From the NCBI RefSeq assembly GCF_006345805.1, contig NC_042997.1:90272001-90336000 (forward strand): 64,000 nt of DNA, in the 5' to 3' direction. Under the pieces are notes generated by a model that was not told the origin of the DNA, made no database searches, and was given only the letters and a program-made list of their open reading frames with translations. This document shows positions 37,377-51,592 of the stretch, one piece after another; within the stretch, counting starts at the first letter, position 1; each line of letters starts with the position of its first letter. The DNA is from Octopus sinensis. Its lineage: Eukaryota. Both the position numbers and the translations under genes were made by a program.

Positions 37377-38125
37377 ACTATATATATACACATATACAAT
37401 GTAGATACATATACGTACGCATATATATATGCGTATGTATATGTATCTACAGAAACGTATATATATATTTAAATATATGTAAATATCTGTATATATATAT
37501 ATGTGTATATATATATGTGTATATATGTGTGCATATGTATATATATATATATATAATATATGTATATATATATATGCGTGTGTGTGTGGATAGGTAGATA
37601 TAGATGTTTATGTTCATAGAGATACATTGATACATAGGTAGATACGGATATGTACATAAATACACATTCTCATACACATACGCACGCACATACACACGTA
37701 CACACACACACACATATATATACATATATATATGCACAGCCATAGATATGTAGGTACATACTGAAGTACAACAGCCCTCTCTCACTCGCGCACACAAAGC
37801 GACATTATAAGTACACATAGTTATCACACACTAGCCTGGTCGAAATAGCTGCAATGATCTAGGAGTAATTACCAGAAATCATGATTTACTAGTGGACAAG
37901 TGGGAAAAGACATTTATGTAATAGTAAATGTCCAGCGGACTATTTGATCTACGGCTCCTGTCGTAGCTCTTATGTATATTATATATTATATAGCTGTAGA
38001 TATATTATAGCTATGTCTGTCTGTTGACCACTTTATCGCGTCGTTCGTTTTCAGTTTCGTGTCAGACTATACATTTACCTGAGGCATGTAGACGTACTTG
38101 CACACATGCACGCACGCACACACAC

Positions 38126-38173
<48 letters not shown>

Positions 38174-38496
38174 GCATTGACTGAATGCTGTTCGTACACA
38201 ATCGTCGACAAAGGTACACTCACATATAACACACCTCCTTCTCATAGTATACTTAGTTATAAATGTGTCTGTTCTTGCAGATGAGTCTTACTACGTATTG
38301 ATATTCTACGTGAATGCACGTACTTAATTCATAGCTGTATGTGTATCTTTCTTACTCTCACGTGACCCCACCCCACTAGCTGTATACACATGCACACACG
38401 CACAAACTCACACATATACCCATTTGAATGTACGCTTATGCTTCATTCTTGCTTCTTTCCAGTCAGTCAAGCAACCTAGCTATCCCTAAGTCTCAC

Positions 38497-38534
<38 letters not shown>

Positions 38535-38540
<6 letters not shown>

Positions 38541-39340
38541 ACAGAGTGACTGAAGGTTCGAAAGTTTCGTGCGTTGGCTCTTATCAAACTAGGCACAGGT
38601 CGATGGCTTGCGAATTTATATAGTTGTGTGAAGTGATATAGTGTCCAAGAGAGGCTGCGCTTCATGTCAATTCTACTGTCTTCTTCAAGCTTCCGAGCAA
38701 CATACCCATGAATGGTCTTTTTATTTATGCTGAGTGTTTTCCATCCAGAGCCCAACTGTTTGGGGGCTGTATAGGAGATCATCAGGAAGAGAGTTTTTCT
38801 TGAGGAATTCACTGCCCACTCGTACAATGTTGCTCACTTCACCTTTCAGCACTGCATTAATATATTTATTTTTGGTGCTGTTGTTTAGTAGGTTTAACTG
38901 CTTGAGTGATACCATACGGCATTCGAAGGCCGTTTACAATGATCTCAGCCTCTACCACCTTCATTTCATCTTAGGTAGAGCCTATCAACATCACTGTTCC
39001 CAGCTGTTGTCAGGATTTTGCGGGTTTTGATATATACAGAGTGGATTTCCTCTACAGACCAATCAAGTATCTCAAATGTTGGGATCAACACTGGTGCTGC
39101 AAATGCATTGGGGATATTGTTTTGTTGTAAGAGGAGAGTTCCGACTGCCATATTTTCCTAAGGCTGGTGTAATATTCTTGGGTCACTCTATCTTTATTTA
39201 CAGTGCCTTCATATGATACATTTTCGTTTATGCCTAGGTACTTGTAACATTCTTTGTGTGGAATGGGAGAGATAGAGAGACCGTTGATGCACAGGTTTTG
39301 GGTTTGCGGGATTGACTTTCCTCGTTCTATAACCAAATAT
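38535..39340 (-). pseudogene. R4/Dong-like (R2 superfamily) reverse transcriptase thumb and downstream region, degenerate
   Basis: Frameshifted minus-strand ORFs: YKYLGINEN..QEYYTSLRKIWQSELSSYNK / NAFAAPVLIPTFEILDWSVEEI..IKTRKILT..SDVDRLYL / KTIHGYVARK..D..RSLSW. Confidence 0.8.
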
Positions 39341-41057
39341 AAACATTTCTTTTGGCCAAATTAAATGCCTATGTCAACTGAATGTATGTATGTATGTATG
39401 TATGTATGTATGTATGTATGTATGTATGTATGTATGTATGTATGTATGTATGTATGTTTGTATGTAAGTATGTATGTATGTGTGTATGTGTCAGGGTTAC
39501 TTGGACGACAACCTCTATATGATAGTTTTGCCATGCTATATACATTTTCGTATTTTATTTCTAAGCCTTACTCTTTTCGTCACTGTGTCACCTTTCACTT
39601 CATGAGTGTGCTATTCGTTCCTCTTATTTATATACATTTCTTTTGGCCAAATTCAATGCCTATGTCAACTGATGTATGTATGTATGTATGTATTGTATGT
39701 ATGTATGTGATTGTATGTATGTATGTGTCAGGGTTACTTGGACGACAACTCTATATGATAGTTTTGCCATGCTATATACATTTTCGTATTTTATTTCTAA
39801 GCCTTACTCTTTTCGTCACTGTGTCACCTTTCACTTAATGAGTGTGCTATTCGTTCCTCTTATTTATAAACATTTCTTTTGGCCAAATTTCAATGCTATG
39901 TCAACTGAATGTATGTATGTATGTATGTATGTATGTATGTTATGTTGTTATGTATGTGTATGTAGGTTATGTAGGTATGTTTGTATGTAAGTATGTATGT
40001 ATGTGTGTATGTGTCAGGGTTACTTGGACGACAACCTCTATATGATAGTTTTGCCATGCTATATACATTTTCGTATTTTATTTCTAAGCCTTACTCTTTT
40101 CGTCACTGTGTCACCTTTCACTTCATGAGTGTGCTATTCGTTCCTCTTATTTATAAACATTTCTTTTGGCCAAATTCAATGCCTATGTCAACTGAATGTA
40201 TGTATGTATGTATGTATGTATGTATGTATGTATGTATGTATGTATGTATGTATGTATGTATGTATGTATGTATGTGTGTATATATGTATGTATGTGTGTA
40301 TGTTTGTATGTAAGTATGTATGTATGTGTGTATGTGTCAGGGTTACTTGGACGACAACCTCTATATGATAGTTTTGCCATGCTATATACATTTTCGTATT
40401 TTATTTCTAAGCCTTACTCTTTTCGTCACTGTGTCACCTTTCACTTCATGAGTGTGCTATTCGTTCCTCTTATTTATAAACATTTCTTTTGGCCAAATTC
40501 AATGCCTATGTCAACTGAATGTATGTATGCATGTATGTATGTATGTATGTATGTATGTATGTATGTATGTATGTATGTATGTATGTATGTATGTGTGTAT
40601 GTATGTATGTATGTATGTGTCAGGGTTACTTGGACGACAACCTCTATATGATAGTTTTGCCATGCTATATACATTTTCGTATTTTATTTCTAACCTTACT
40701 CTTTTCGTCACTGTGTCACCTTCACTTAATGAGTGTGCTATTCGTTCCTCTTATTTATAACATTTCTTTTGGCCAAATTCAATGCCTATGTCAACTGAAT
40801 GTATGTATGTAATGTATGTATGTATGTATGTATGTATGATGTATGTATGTATGTATGTGTGTTGTATGTATGTATGTATGTATGTATGTTTGTATGTAGT
40901 ATGTATGTATGTGTGTATGTGTCAGGGTTACTTGGACGACAACCTCTAATGATAGTTTTGCCATGCTATATACATTTTCGTATTTTATTTCTAAGCCTTA
41001 CTCTTTTCGTCACTGTGTCACCTTTCACTTCATGAGTGTGCTATTCGCTCCTCTTAC
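39341..41057. repeat. Tandem array of 6 units (about 236-323 bp), each about 190 bp of unique sequence plus a variable (TATG)n
   Basis: CATTTCTTTTGGCCAAATT recurs at 39344, 39635, 39871, 40158, 40481 and 40761; GTGTCAGGGTTACTTGGACGACAAC...GTGTGCTATTCG occurs in every unit. Confidence 0.95.
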
Positions 41058-41330
41058 TTACTATTTGAAGTAAATCCAGAATTTTCTTATAAACAATGTT
41101 ACCTGTTTTCCCACAAGGAGCACAAATAAAAAGAGACACCAAATAGGGTTTGTTCCTGACATTATTAAAGACATAGCAGAAGCTGAGCTTTACTGGAAAC
41201 TGTAGCCTTTTGAATACAAAAGGCATTTCTGTGTCAGATGGAGTCAAGGTTATTCTGGGTATAGATGCATCTTCTCCAATAAAACAACCAATCAAAATAC
41301 GTAGTTGCCTGAATAATAGGAGGCATTATT
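41058..41330 (-). pseudogene. Helitron RepHel Pif1-family helicase C-terminus, internally deleted
   Basis: PIIQAT/ILIGCFIGEDASIPRITLTPSDTEMPFVFKRLQFPVKLSF..FICAPCGKTGNIVYKKIL. IPRI..P.D..PF.FKRLQFPV.L.F and GKT.NIVY are characteristic of Helitron helicase ends; the QGQ/HGQLYVA segment is missing. Confidence 0.85.
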
Positions 41331-41570
41331 GCATATGCACTGTAGGGTCTCTTCTCGAAATATTCGGTAATTTGTACTGTTTTTGAGCAAGAGTGACACA
41401 GTTCTGAATATGCAGTTACCATTATTTATGGTTGGATAAAAGAGACAAGTTGATATAATTAGTTCAATATTTTCCCATAGATTTAATAAAGTACTTTACT
41501 TTTAGTCTGAACTTTTGATAGCCTCTTCGCAAAGAGAAGAGTGACACCAAAGACTAATAAAAGTCTAAAC

Positions 41571-41733
41571 CAGCGGTTATCAGTCGTGGGATCACAGGAC
41601 CACCTTCCCCCTTAAGAACCCCGACGGCCTTCCCTCCCTCTTTAATTGACTTCTATCATTTTTGTTGCGATCACCTAAAAAAAAATACAGGTTTGGATCA
41701 GACCCGTATTTAAAAAAAGGTCGAGAACCACTG
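41571..41733. mobile_element. hAT (Charlie-like) MITE, 163 bp
   Basis: Ends CAGCGGTTATCA / CGAGAACCACTG; flanks GTCTAAAC (41563-70) and GTCTAATT (41734-41) form a 6/8 TSD resembling the NTCTAGAN preference. Confidence 0.7.
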
Positions 41734-42014
41734 GTCTAATTGATATCAATTTCTTCTTTAGAAATGTCTTTCTTTGTGATTACTAGCTGAATCCAGTTTT
41801 ATAAGTAGTAAAGAAGATAATATTTTTTTATGAATTTAATAAGATACCTTAACTTTAATGTTAACTTAAAATGTCTTCGTGAAACAAGTGATACGACTCT
41901 AACCATTTAGCAACCGATAACTTCATAACGTCTGCTAAAAAGGAATACTCCATTTGTATCCGAATAATGCCTAGGAGTGTGCGTGCGTGTGTGTGGTGTG
42001 TGTGTGTGTCTGTG

Positions 42015-42023
42015 TGTGAGAAG

Positions 42024-42092
<69 letters not shown>

Positions 42093-42304
42093 GAGAGGGA
42101 GAGCGAGAGAGAGAAAGGAAGACAGAAAGAGCGGAGAGACCGAAGTGAAAGAGTGATATGAAAGTCAAAGAGGGAAAAAGATAGAGCGAATGACAATAAA
42201 TGGTAAACAGGATAATGGAAAAGAATATGATAGACATACATACATACTAACAGACAGACAAACAAATAGACAGACAGACGGACAGATAAGCAGATAGATA
42301 TAAC

Positions 42305-42335
<31 letters not shown>

Positions 42336-42341
42336 TGATAG

Positions 42342-42378
<37 letters not shown>

Positions 42379-42403
42379 CAGACAGAAGACAGATAGATAG
42401 AAC

Positions 42404-42497
<94 letters not shown>

Positions 42498-42499
42498 AC

Positions 42500-42549
<50 letters not shown>

Positions 42550-42551
42550 AC

Positions 42552-42622
<71 letters not shown>
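42015..42622. repeat. Compound (GA)n / (GACA)n / (GATA)n microsatellite
   Basis: Direct reading; periodic GAAC interruptions in the GATA block. Confidence 0.95.
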
Positions 42623-42624
<2 letters not shown>

Positions 42625-43025
42625 GCAAAGAAAGAACAACAGAAAGAATTTGTCTTCATCGTAAATATGTGTATGCATGTCTGGTACTTTCATGTGTGTA
42701 TGTAATGTTATAAAATGTATATATGTAGATGCAGTTGTATATATGTACATGCTCTACAAGCGTGGTCTATGGTCTGATATACTCATGCCAACATATCCTT
42801 GTCTTTTTTCTTATTCAATCCACTTTTAAAATATATTTCATACTTTTCAAGCCTTACACTATTCTACATACATACATACATACATACATACATACATACA
42901 TACATACATACATACATGCATGCATACATACATACATACATACATACATACATACATACATACGTGCGTACATACATACGTATAGACATACATATATAAA
43001 TACTATAAATGTATACATACATACA

Positions 43026-43067
<42 letters not shown>

Positions 43068-43068
<1 letters not shown>

Positions 43069-43110
43069 TAGCAGAGATACTCGGCGTTGCTCGGGATTAA
43101 AATGGTATAG
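43068..43110 (-). mobile_element. Helitron-type 3' terminus fragment (hairpin plus CTAG) inserted in (TA)n
   Basis: Minus strand CCCGAGCAACGCCGAG-TATCTCTG-CTAG|T: imperfect GC hairpin 8 nt upstream of CTAG, followed by T. Confidence 0.55.
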
Positions 43111-43124
43111 TTTTTTCATTGCTT

Positions 43125-43317
43125 TACTTGTTTCAGTCATGTGAATTCAGCCATGCTGGATCACCGCATTCAATCGAAGAAGTCGACCAGGATTTATTCT
43201 TTGTAAGCCTAGTACATATTCTATCGGTGTGTTTTACCAAACGGCTAAGTTACGGGGACGTAACACACCAACGTCGGTTGTCAAGCGATGATGGGGCTAC
43301 AAACACAGACACACACA

Positions 43318-43353
<36 letters not shown>

Positions 43354-43615
43354 ACACACACACACACATATATATATATACATACCTATATGTGTCTTTA
43401 TGTTAGTGTTTGTCACCCTCACCACCGCTTGACTACTGGTGTTGATGTGTTTATATCCCCGGTAACTTAGCGGTTCAGCAAAAAAACCAATAGAATAAAT
43501 ACTAGGCTTAAAGAATAAGTCCTGGGGTCGATTTGTTCGACTAAAACTCTTCGAGGCGGTGCTCCAGAATAGCCGCTGTCAAATGATTGAAACAACTCAA
43601 AGAATAAAAGAAAGG
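43125..43615. mobile_element. Two family-A SINE 3' halves in inverted orientation sharing one microsatellite
   Basis: 43125-43320 is a minus-strand tail half and 43390-43615 a plus-strand tail half; the two are diverged from each other. Confidence 0.7.
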
Positions 43616-43880
43616 AAAAACGTGCCAATGATTCGGCCAGTTCGCCGTTTTTGAGCAAATTATAACAACGGATTATTTGAAATTAACTAAATCTACATGA
43701 TTCATACAGCCTATATTACAAAACACTATTGGTAGCTCTGCACGTTTACACGAAGTACATATATATGTATGTAACATATATGTATGTGTGGTGTATCTCT
43801 CTGTATATATATTGTATACATATATATATATATATAATATATATATATATATATAATATATATATATCTATATATGTATG

Positions 43881-43959
<79 letters not shown>

Positions 43960-44184
43960 CATACACACATACACACACACATATATACTGAGACAGATAA
44001 AGAGAGATTTCATTCGGTAATTGTGAGGATGGGAAGGAGAAAATTATTTTTAAACATTGATTATTGCTTCTAATCAATTGGGAATGAGGTGTTTGTATTT
44101 CCTCTCGGTTTTATTCTGATAATTACTTTCATACTTCTCGAATACCCTAGTAAACAACAACTAAAAACAAAAACAGCCTTAAGA

Positions 44185-44213
44185 AGAACTACTACTACTA
44201 CTATTACTACTAT

Positions 44214-44287
<74 letters not shown>

Positions 44288-44288
44288 T

Positions 44289-44320
<32 letters not shown>

Positions 44321-44349
44321 TTACTACTACAACAACAACAACTACTACC

Positions 44350-44427
<78 letters not shown>

Positions 44428-44435
44428 GCTACTGC
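44185..44435. repeat. (TAC)n/(TGC)n trinucleotide microsatellite
   Basis: Direct reading; similar block at about 13015-13150. Confidence 0.95.
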
Positions 44436-45044
44436 TACTTCTGCTGTGCCGCAGCAGTTGTACCGATAATAATGATAATCATTTTCATGATAATGATGAT
44501 GATAATCCTTTCTTTATTAACACAAGGACCTACACATAGGATACAAAAACATTGTCATAAAAGAAGGATAACAAAATGTGTGGGAATGCACAAACACGCA
44601 TAAACGCATGCACGTATGCAAGCACACACACACATGTGCACATACACACACACAAGTACACACGCACGCACATCTATACAAGCAAACGGACATATAAATA
44701 AGTTGGAAACAAAAACGTAATAGAATGTGTCAAAACATGTTGAAATTTTCGTACATAAAATACAATACAAATGAATACAATTAAGAGCCACATACCAAGA
44801 CTAGGGTGAGAAGCTGCTAGAAAGGTAGAATCGGTACACCCCTATATTCTGACCCCTTTCTGCAAACTAGTTTATCTAAAGTTGCTCCTTGACAATTTTG
44901 GCCTTAGCCGCGCCGTCAATAGCTACATCTCGTCTGAAGTGTAATACATCAGTTGTTGATCAGCCAGTGACTTGATCTTCATCAACGATCTCTGTCAAAT
45001 ACAGGTTTCTGGCACTCATCGCCAAAATCTTAATCCCTCCTGTC

Positions 45045-45960
45045 ACAGGTACAAGGCCCGAAATTTGGCGGGAGGGAGCTAGTCAGTTACGTTATTCCCA
45101 GTGCTCAACTGATACTTAATTCATCGACCCCGAAAGGATACAAGGCAAAGTCGACTTGGACGGAATTTGAACTCAGAACGTAAAAACGGATGAAATACCG
45201 TTAAGCATTTTACCTGGCATGCTTTCCGATTCTCACAGCTTTTCTCTCTTATTACCCACAAGGGGCCAAACACAGAGAGGACAAACTAGGACAGACAAGC
45301 GGATTAAGTCGATTACATCGACCCCAGTGCGTAACTGGTACTTAATTTATCGACCCCGAAAGGATGAAAAGCAAAGTCGACCTCGGTGGGATTTGAACTC
45401 AGAACGTAACGGCAGACGAAATACGGCTACGCATTTCGCCCGGCGGGCTAACGATTCTGCCAGCTTACCGCCTTAAAACTCCTCCTTTAAGCTCAGAGCG
45501 TAAAGCTGGGCGAAATGCAGTAATGCATTTTACCCGGCGTGCTAAAGCTTCTGCTAAATGTTTACCTTAAAACTCGTTAATCAATGTAGTATCAATATTC
45601 CTTTCTACTCTAGGCACAAGGCGCGAAATTTTAGTGGGTGGGGGGACCAGTTGATTAGATCGACCCCAGTACGCAACTTGTACTTCATTTATCGACCCCA
45701 AAAGGATGAAAGGCAAAGTCGACCTCGGCGGAATTTGAATTCAAAACGTAGCGACAGACGAAATACATATTTCTTTACTACCCACAAGGGGCTAAACACA
45801 GAGTGGACAAACAAGGACAGACAAACGTATTAAGTCGATTATATCGACCCCAGTGTGTAATTGGTACTTATTTAATCGACCCCGAAAGGATGAAAGACAA
45901 AGTCGACCTCGGCGGAATTTGAACTCAGAACGTAGCGGCGGACGAAATACGGAAATACGA
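45045..45960 (-). mobile_element. Head-to-tail cluster of 4-5 family-B SINE copies
   Basis: ATCGACCCCGAAAGGATGAAAGGCAAAGTCGACCTCGGCGGAATTTGAACTCAGAACGTA variants at about 45125, 45350, 45690 and 45875, plus a head-only piece at about 45490-45570. Confidence 0.9.
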
Positions 45961-46029
45961 AAGACGGATGGGGGAAGTCTACCAGAATAAAATAGTTATC
46001 AAAGGGATCCATAGATAAAAAAAATGGTT

Positions 46030-46129
46030 GAGGGCACCTTGGGCAAGTGTCTTCTACTATAGCCTCGGGTCGACCAACGCCTTGTGAGTGGATTTGGTTG
46101 ACAGAAACTGAATGAAGCCGTCGTAATAT

Positions 46130-46186
<57 letters not shown>

Positions 46187-47416
46187 ACAGGGTGTCCCAA
46201 AAAATGTATGCACACTTTAAACAATTGTAAAGTAGTGTTTATTAAAAGACACTTCATTTTCAAAATTTAATAGAATCTACAGACATTTTTTATTGTTTTG
46301 TCAATGCCTGTTTCAAACTGATGTCCGGTCTGCTCCAGCACTGCTGACAACGCAAAGGAATGGAATCATCACAAATATCACAAAAGAATTTGTTTGGTAT
46401 GTGTGTACACTCTCGTCTAATGGCTGCTCTCACATCCGCGACTTGTAGGTTTTTAGCGTAGAATTTGTCTTTAAGGTATCCCCATAAAAAGTCTAGTGGT
46501 GTGAGGTCTGGTGAATTCAACCATACCTCTTTCATCCAATCCACCTGTTTAGCAAGATCTCATCAAGGAAGGATCTAACATAGCAATGGTAGTGTGGGGT
46601 GCCCCATCTTGCTGAAATAAAACTCCTCATCTTCAAAGTCTTCTCTAATGCTTGGCATAACAGACTGTTGCAACAAGTTCAAGTAAACGGGACCAGTCAC
46701 AGTAGCATAACAAAGAATGGTCCAATTAATCCTCTTGATGATAAACCACACCACACAAATATCAAATTAACATGGTGTTTCACCATAACATGCAGATTCT
46801 CAGGACCCCAGTAGGTGCAATTGTGGCAGTTAATTAACCATTAATTGAATGTGGCTTCATCACTCCGCACAATCTTGTTGGAAAGTGTGAAGCTTCTACA
46901 CATCGTTCCAAATACCACTCGCAATGCTGCACTCTTTCGTCTGGATCATCATCATTAACAGCATGGACTAATCTTGGAATGTAACTTTTCCATTGACAAT
47001 GCTTCAAAATGCATTGGACAGATGATTTTGGAATACCTACTCATGACTCGCTTTGCCGCACAGATTTTCTTGGACTTTGGTGATTCATTTCCAGTACTCT
47101 TTGCTTTGTTGGGGTTGTTGAATGTTCGGGGTCTTCTGGAAGCTTATCGTGGACATTATGAACAGTTCAATCAGCTTCAAACTTATCTCTAATTCAAGTG
47201 ATAGGGAGTTGCATTGGTGGATCTGTTTGAAAACTCCCTCCCAACTGTGTTTGCACTTCAACTGCATTTTCACACTTCCAGTATCATTTTAGAATGAATT
47301 TTCGTTGGTTCAAAGCTTAATCTGACTGCAATCATAAATCCTATAGGTTTCATCTGGAAAGAAAACTATCAATTGAGTTATCAGCTGCTAAAGGTGTGTA
47401 TACATTTTTTTGGGAC

Positions 47417-47457
<41 letters not shown>

Positions 47458-47670
47458 ATATAAGTTTGTGTGTCTGTGTTTGTCATCCTACCATCGCTAG
47501 ACAACCGATGTTACTGTGCTTACGTCCCCGTTACTGAGCGGTTCGGCAAAAGACCGAAAGAATAAGTACTAGGCTTACAAAGAATAAGTCCTGGGGTTGA
47601 TTTGTTCGACTAAAGGCGGTGCTCCAGCATGGCCGCAGTCAAATGACTGAAACAAATGAGAGAATAAAAG
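46030..47670 (+). mobile_element. Family-A SINE split by the Tc1/mariner insertion in its internal (TA)n
   Basis: 5' body 46030-46125 (GGCACCTTGGGCAAGTGTC..GAAGCCGTCG); 3' body resumes at 47460-47670. Confidence 0.8.
46188..47422 (-). mobile_element. Tc1/mariner element, DD37D/maT-like, near full length (about 1.23 kb) with a decayed transposase
   Basis: TIRs CAGGGTGTCCCAAAAAATGTATGCACAC / GTGTGTATACATTTTTTTGGGACACCCTA in a TA context. Minus-strand pieces [61 protein letters not shown]; multiple frameshifts. Confidence 0.9.
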
Positions 47671-48828
47671 AAAAAGTCCCTGATTCATATTATTTTGTTG
47701 AGTACCTTAAATAATTTTAGCCTCTTGTTAAGGTGATTTAAAATACGTTTGTTAGGAATAAGTGTCTGTTCAACGTAGAACGCTCTCTTTGTCATTTAAA
47801 ATGTTCCCCGATGATTCATTGCAGTTAAGCATCCAAATGCATTTGGAACGTTTAATGTTAAGTCTCAGTTAAATACATTGATAAAACGTTCGTAGGAACT
47901 AAATATTTATTCTGATGTTTATTTTAATTTCCATTACTAAAATATAAAACATCATTCTATTAGTCGAGTATTTTAGATGTCCAAACAATCTCTGAAAGGC
48001 ATTGGTTTTTGAAAGACACAAGCATCAATCTATTCGTCAACAACTTTACAACTTATTCATTCGCTCGAGTTGTTGTTTTACAGACTAGAGAGCGAGTGAT
48101 ATCTTTTATTTTTTTAATCTTTCCCTTGTTCCACTCATTGGATTGCAGCCATCAGGCTGGCGTACCGTGTTGATGGTTTTGGTCGAACAAATCAACCTAG
48201 TACTTATTTTAAAGTTTGCTATTTATTGTTGGTTTCTTTTTTTTAATTCCTAAGAAACCAGCACACACACACGCACGCACACACACATACACACACACAT
48301 ATATATATACACACACCGAAGGCTTCCTAGGTTTCCACACAATTTCTATCTATCAACTTCACTCACATGTCAGTGATCGACACAGAGCTACAATAGAAAC
48401 TACTTGACCAAGGTACCGCTTCGTTTTCCTCCTCCTCCCTCTCTCCCTCCTTCCCTTGCCCCTCTCCCCCTCTCTCCTTCCCTCTTTCTGTATATATGCA
48501 AATATATACAGAACATGCACATGTGTAAATATGTGCATATCTATGCGCGCACGCGCCTGTATATTCGGTTCTAGCACCTAAATATAGTCACCAAAACAGG
48601 TTTAATGCCCAGTCAGCCGTGCCAGATCGTCTACATCCAAACACTCAGCTATGCTAGATTGTCTCAGTCCAAAGGTGTTCGAGTCATCATCACAAGATAG
48701 CGGGTTCAATTCATCGACCAGGTAACGTATTGAGTCTTGGTGTATGATACTTTATATCCCGTTTCTCTAGGCTTTTCGACAGAAAACGAGTACTAGGGGG
48801 ACGTTGGTGCAATTCTCTCTCCTTCTAG

Positions 48829-48963
48829 CTGTAATATGTTGGATATACAGTTTTAGCGATAATAATGGGACCGTAAGGGTATCAATGTCAGCCTGCGACT
48901 ACATAGCACTTACGACAATTAGCGAAAACGTGGTTTGTGCTACCAAACAATACACCCTTGCAG
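48829..48963 (+). CDS. Candidate isolated phase-1/phase-1 exon (135 nt), product unknown
   Basis: Acceptor TTCTCTCTCCTTCTAG|, donor CAG|GTGATT, open frame xVICWIYSFSDNNGTVRVSMSACDYIALTTISENVVCATKQYTLA. No recognised domain; could be chance. Confidence 0.2.
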
Positions 48964-49137
48964 GTGATTGTTGGCACTGCTGTATTGTCATAATTCTGTA
49001 ATGCTGGTTTTTTATTCTCCTGTCCATATCAATCTATAGTTTAGACCTTTGTTATGGTTTTGGGGGCCTTTAGAAAGTTCAGCCGTCGCCTTATTTCAAT
49101 GAGTGAAAGATGTACCCTGTGGAACAGAAATGTATGA

Positions 49138-50030
<893 letters not shown>

Positions 50031-51104
50031 CACTCATTGACAACATTGTTATCGAAGATAACACTAACCGATGAGAAATTAAAATAAAGATAAGAAGAAG
50101 AGTATAAGAAGTGAGAACAAATGACACAATGAATGCAAGGACCGAATAAATAGTTCTATAAATAAATAAATAAATAAATATAATTAATCAACAAATTTTG
50201 GAAATGCCAACGAAGAATCTTCCACGAGAATTAATGATGTAGGTAAAGAATCAAGAAAAACCAACGTAGAAACTAACAAAATAAATGGCTATAACATTAA
50301 GTTAATTCTGTTGTTAGACATGAATATATTTAGACAAAAGTAGCTTATCTAACATTAAAGTTTTTACATACCCGCGAAACATCATTTAGATACATCATCA
50401 AAATCGTCTGTTCGTTTGAATTGGTGGTTGTTTTGCTTTTCTTCTGTTTGTTTTTGTGTTGTTTTGTTTTTTGTTGTCAACTATATTTTTTGCTTCATGT
50501 TTGTGTTTTGTTGGTTTTTTTTTTTGTTCTTTCCTTTCTTTATTCAAATAATGCTGAGAATCTCTTTAGAACTAAAGATTGCGTTATATATGTCTGTATG
50601 TATGTATGTATGTATGTATGTATGTATGTATGTATGCATGTATGTATGTATATATGTATGTATGTATGTATGCATGTGTATATATATATATATAATATAT
50701 ATATATATATGTATATGCATATATGTATGTTTATACGTAAATATATGTGTATGTATATATATTTGTATTTATATTTATATTTATATGTAGGTATTGGGTT
50801 TGAAAATATGTGGTATTCGGCGTCGCTCATTAAGAACAGTGACAGATAATCGAATGTTTATAGCAAAACTCATTAAACCATGTATTTAATACGCGGATTA
50901 GAAGCATACGAATTGAGACAGACATACCCATTCATGTATACATTAGCTTACATAGACACACATGTAAACGCGCACACACGTACACACCTATATAGTCATA
51001 TTTAAACACATGCACGCACATACTAAGCACCGACGCATCGGCACGCAAACAAACACACTCACATCTACTCACACACATGCAGAAAGCTTCTATTATTCAA
51101 CCTT

Positions 51105-51592
51105 GTTTAAGGAAAGATAATTTTTACTGAAATCTATTTATTTAGCTTTATATTGTGTTTCTTTGATAAAAATATAAAAAACATCTCCGTTTTCAAGCGG
51201 CCGCAATCATTATGCGTTCAACCACGCCGCGACAGAAATCTCTGCTTCTCGTTATCTTCTGTAGGTCCTCAGTTTCGATGTGTGTGTTTCTGCTAATAAC
51301 ACCAATGAATAATAGCTGAATGGTCATTGTCTTGTGTTAGGGTGTATAACTTTTGATATGGCCTGTTGTTCAACAGTTTATTTTTGTTTAAGGGAAGATA
51401 ATTTTACTGAAAACTATTTGTTTAGCTTTATATTGTGTTACTTTGATGAAAAGTCTTCTTCTAGCGGCTGCAACTAAGATGCATTCTACCATGCGGCACC
51501 AGAAAGCTCTGCCTTTCATTAGCTTCGGTAAGTCTTCAATTTCGAAGTGTGTATTTCTGCCTATAACCATAATAATAGCTGAATGGTCATGT
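51105..51592. repeat. Diverged direct repeat, about 210-bp units
   Basis: GGAAAGATAATTTTTACTGAAA..TTTAGCTTTATATTGTGTT..AATAATAGCTGAATGGTCAT at about 51110-51330 and 51392-51592. Confidence 0.8.

Noticed and set aside
39341-41057. Regularly spaced repeats as a CRISPR-like array
   Set aside because: Whole units of about 190 bp repeat, and the variable parts are (TATG)n rather than unique spacers. The context is eukaryotic and no cas genes are present.
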